64,000 nucleotides of DNA, taken from the NCBI GenBank assembly GCA_965202665.1, contig OZ241841.1, positions 2,240,001 to 2,304,000 of the forward strand, given 5' to 3'. The translations under genes were made by a program, and so were the position numbers. Positions 60,985-64,000 of the stretch are shown in pieces. The notes beneath the pieces are model-generated. The model saw only the letters and a list, made by a program, of their open reading frames with translations, was not told where the DNA came from and ran no database searches. The stretch's first letter is position 1. The number at the start of each line of letters is the position of its first letter. This DNA is from Candidatus Spongiisociaceae bacterium (lineage in GTDB: Bacteria > Actinomycetota > Acidimicrobiia > Spongiisociales > Spongiisociaceae).

Positions 60985-61656
60985 AATAACCCCCGATTCG
61001 CCGGCGAGCACGAAGTCGGCCACCGCCGCTATCTCCTCGGGGGAGGGCCAGTTCACGTAGTCGGCGTAGGGGAGGGCGGCGCGGGTGGTGGGGGTGTCGA
61101 TCACCGACGGCATTATCACGTTGACGGTGATGTCGGACTCTTCCAGTTCCAAAGCAGCGGTCTGCGCCAAAGCCGTCACTCCCGCTTTGGCCGCGTTGAA
61201 AGCCGCCTGCCCGGGAGGGGTGTCGACCGCGCCCCGGCTCCCCACCAGCAGAATGCGCCCCCCGCCGGAGGCGGCCAGGCCGGGAATGGCCGCCCGCAAC
61301 GAGACGAAGGCCGAACGCAGGTTCAAATCCATCATCCGCTCCCACCGCAGGTCGTCGGTGTCGGCCAGGTCCCGCCCGCCCGCCCAGCCCCCCACCAGGC
61401 AGGCCAGGGAGTCCATCCGCCCGAACTTTTCCATAACCTCCGCCATGAAACCCCCCACCTCGTCCGTTTCCACCGTGTTCACCCGCCGCAGAAGAAGGCG
61501 ATCCTCCTCCAACGGATAACGTTGCTCGTACTCGGCCGCCTCGTCGGGGATCAGATAGGTGGCGGCGATGCGATGCCCCCGGGCGGCCAGCCGCTCGGTC
61601 AGGGCCGTTCCCATTGAACCGGTGGCCCCGGTCACCACCGCCACCGGATCGCTCAT
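60949..61656 (-). CDS. SDR family oxidoreductase
   Basis: VTGATGSMG, F-x3-K (FNAAK), PSVIDTP. Confidence 0.88.
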   Translation of the reverse strand: MSDPVAVVTGATGSMGTALTERLAARGHRIAATYLIPDEAAEYEQRYPLEEDRLLLRRVNTVETDEVGGFMAEVMEKFGRMDSLACLVGGWAGGRDLADTDDLRWERMMDLNLRSAFVSLRAAIPGLAASGGGRILLVGSRGAVDTPPGQAAFNAAKAGVTALAQTAALELEESDITVNVIMPSVIDTPTTRAALPYADYVNWPSPEEIAAVADFVLAGESGVISGAAIPVYGRA

Positions 61657-61752
61657 CGCCCGCCCGCCCCGCCGGGGGAAAATTCTCTCATAAGCCGATA
61701 TTACACACGGGGCGCATATGGGCTGAACGGCAAAGCAAGCGCGCTTCTCCCG

Positions 61753-63078
61753 TTACCGGCCGGTTTTGTCCGCAATCCACAGGTCGGCCACATTGGCCCC
61801 GGTGCGCCCCGGTTTCAGCAAAGCCCCGGCTTTTTCCAGGAATGTATAGGCGTCGCACCGTTCCAGATGACGGCGGGCCGCCTCCGCTCCCGCCCCCGCG
61901 CCGCCCGCCGTCGCCCCGTCCACCACCGCCCCGGCGGCGTCGGTGGGGCCGTCCACGCCGTCCGTCCCCACCGCCAGGAAACGATAAGGGGTTCCGGCCA
62001 GCCGGATGGCCGCGGCCAGGGCGGCCTGCTGGTTGCGCCCTCCCCGCCCCCCGCCCGTCACCTGCAAAGTGGTTTCGCCCCGGAACACCCGCGCCTGCCC
62101 CGCCGGGGTGGCCTTCAGCGCCTCCTCCGCGGCCCGCATCGTATTCCCCGTCCAGCGGTCGGGATGCAACCGGGCATCCAACCCGGCCCCGTTCAGGAAA
62201 TCAGCCGCCGCCCGCCCTGCGTCCTCCCCGTCGGCCAACACCGCCGTCACGTCCTCCCCCCAGGAACGAACCCGGCCGAGAGGGCCGTCCTCCCGCCGGG
62301 CGGCGACCTTCCGGATCAGGTCGTCCAAAGCTCGGTCGATCCCGTATTCAAGTAACAAAGATTCCAAAGAGGACCCCGCTTCCCCCGGCGGCGGGGGGAG
62401 GACGGTGGGGCCGGAGGACACGGTCGCCGGGTCGCCTTCCACATCGGAGATGACGAGGGTGATTATCCGCCCCCGGCACCGGCGGGCCAGCCGGCCCCCT
62501 TTCACATCGGACAACGCCGTCCGCAGGCGGTTGATGGCTTCGATGGGGGCCCGGGAGCGCAACAGGGACCGATTCAGGGCGCGGATATCCTCCAACCCGA
62601 CCCCCGCCCGGGGGAACTCCAACAACGCCGACCCGCCCCCCGAAATCAGGGCCAGCAGAACCTCGTCCTTCTGGACGGTTTCCACCAGGTCCACGGCCGC
62701 CCGCCCCGCCCCGGCGCTCCCCGCCCCGGGAAGCGGATGATCCCCCACCGCCAAACGCGCCCATCGCGGAACCGGCCCCGGTTCGTCGGCCACCGCCAAA
62801 CCCCGGGAAATGACATCCCCCAACGCCCGATCGGCCCCCTCCGCCATCCCCCGGGCCGCCTTCCCCACCGCCAAAACCGCCATTCCCCGGCACTTCACCA
62901 GCCGCCCGCCCGCCCGCACTCCGCCCGGCTCCCGGACCAGGGCCTCTTCCACCAACCCCGCCGGCCGCACCGCCGCCAACCCCGCGTCGGCCGCCCCCAG
63001 CAATCGCCGGGTCGCCCCCCGGTCGGACGCGGCCAGTTTGGGCAACAGGTCGGTCAAGGCGGTCGTAAGGGGGGTCAT
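61753..63078 (-). CDS. Glycerate kinase (DUF4147/MOFRL type)
   Basis: VGKAA, ISGGGSAL, VKGGRL, SDV, GGRNQ, GTDGVDG. Confidence 0.92.
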   Translation of the reverse strand: MTPLTTALTDLLPKLAASDRGATRRLLGAADAGLAAVRPAGLVEEALVREPGGVRAGGRLVKCRGMAVLAVGKAARGMAEGADRALGDVISRGLAVADEPGPVPRWARLAVGDHPLPGAGSAGAGRAAVDLVETVQKDEVLLALISGGGSALLEFPRAGVGLEDIRALNRSLLRSRAPIEAINRLRTALSDVKGGRLARRCRGRIITLVISDVEGDPATVSSGPTVLPPPPGEAGSSLESLLLEYGIDRALDDLIRKVAARREDGPLGRVRSWGEDVTAVLADGEDAGRAAADFLNGAGLDARLHPDRWTGNTMRAAEEALKATPAGQARVFRGETTLQVTGGGRGGRNQQAALAAAIRLAGTPYRFLAVGTDGVDGPTDAAGAVVDGATAGGAGAGAEAARRHLERCDAYTFLEKAGALLKPGRTGANVADLWIADKTGR

Positions 63079-63097
63079 AAGGGTGTCAAGGGGGCCG

Positions 63098-63850
63098 TCA
63101 GGGAGTTAATCTCTTGAAGGCCTCCGCCTCCTCCCATCCGTCCGGGGCCGCCTCCCGGGCCCGCCGCCGGATTTCCCGCCGAAACCGGTCGGCCCCGGCC
63201 GCCGAATCCCCGGCCCCCTCCATGGTGGTGGCCGACTGGCTGGAATGGGCCAGCAACGCCTCCGCCTTCCGCCCCGCAAACCCGGCTATGTCCTCCCAAT
63301 GGTCGGGTTCATCGGCGGCCCACAGCAACAGGGCCGCCGGCCGGTGCGGCTGCAAACCGCCTTTCAGTTGTTCGGGGAAAAACAGGGGATCGCGGGCGGC
63401 CACCACGCCGTCCACCACCGCCCAGCCGGTAATCCGATGATCGGGATGCATCATGTAACGCCGCCACGGGTCGTGGGTGAGCACCACCTCCGGACGCTGC
63501 AACCGTATCTGCTCGCACACCAGCGCCCGCAGTTCCAAAGAATATTCCAATTCGCCGTCCACCAACCCCAGGTTTATCACCCCGGCCGCCCCCAGCCGCC
63601 GGGCGGCCTCCACCTGTTCCCCGGCCCGCGTCATCTTCAAATCCGACGGCTTCACGGAAGGATCCCAGGTTCCTTTGGACCCGTCGCTCAAAACCATGAT
63701 GTTCACGTGCGTCCCGCCCGCCGCCCATTTGGCCAAGACGCCCCCCGCCCCGAATTCGGCGTCGTCCGGATGCGCCCCCACCGCCAGCGCCCGCTCCGGC
63801 CGGTCCAAATTGACCCCCGGGGATAGATGGGACGTGCGGTAATCAACCAT
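63098..63850 (-). CDS. PIG-L/LmbE family deacetylase
   Basis: AHPDDAEFG, HPDHR, AHSSQ. Confidence 0.92.
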   Translation of the reverse strand: MVDYRTSHLSPGVNLDRPERALAVGAHPDDAEFGAGGVLAKWAAGGTHVNIMVLSDGSKGTWDPSVKPSDLKMTRAGEQVEAARRLGAAGVINLGLVDGELEYSLELRALVCEQIRLQRPEVVLTHDPWRRYMMHPDHRITGWAVVDGVVAARDPLFFPEQLKGGLQPHRPAALLLWAADEPDHWEDIAGFAGRKAEALLAHSSQSATTMEGAGDSAAGADRFRREIRRRAREAAPDGWEEAEAFKRLTP

Positions 63851-64000
63851 GCCCCCAGCCTACGCTTTCCCCGGGAAATTCGCCCCCGCGCCGCTCCGCC
63901 GAAAAATTCCCGCTTTTTCCGGCAGGCGGACGATAAAGCTGTTATACAAGATGGAACAGGAGCGAACGGAGGAGGTGCGGGTCGTGTATCCATCCGCCTT

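Overview
High-GC actinobacterial chromosomal DNA. An Acidimicrobiia-like lineage is inferred from SLH-domain surface proteins, a DUF222/HNH gene, CofC, LigC and the rpmF-plsX-rnc-mutM-smc-ftsY block. The right half (35.5-64 kb) is mostly housekeeping: tRNA-Ile2(CAT), cofC, pyk, VanW, 8-oxoguanine deaminase with xanthine dehydrogenase, serC, rpmF, plsX, rnc, mutM, smc, ftsY, cdd and ligC. The left 35 kb is accessory-rich: decayed phage-like DNA, ISL3 and IS481 relics, an amidase operon, a Fur-family-regulated CbiMQO transporter, modABC, three SLH proteins and a DUF222 HNH gene. The best candidate for a new system is a three-gene Type III-like restriction-modification locus (19844-24047). Its endonuclease is a stand-alone TnsA-like gene, its methyltransferase core is an AT-rich swapped-in segment, and a C11 tract right after the probable start ATG could act as an ON/OFF switch. 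A second G11 tract sits inside the promoter spacer of a 1246-aa surface protein. Other signals are a same-strand dispersed intergenic motif (TTTTCGCG[TT/AC]CT), a tandem locus with different cargo in each unit, two foreign islands with opposite dinucleotide depletion, and a shared TGTCAC-N10-TANNNT promoter. All calls come from reading the sequence and recognising motifs; no database searches were run.
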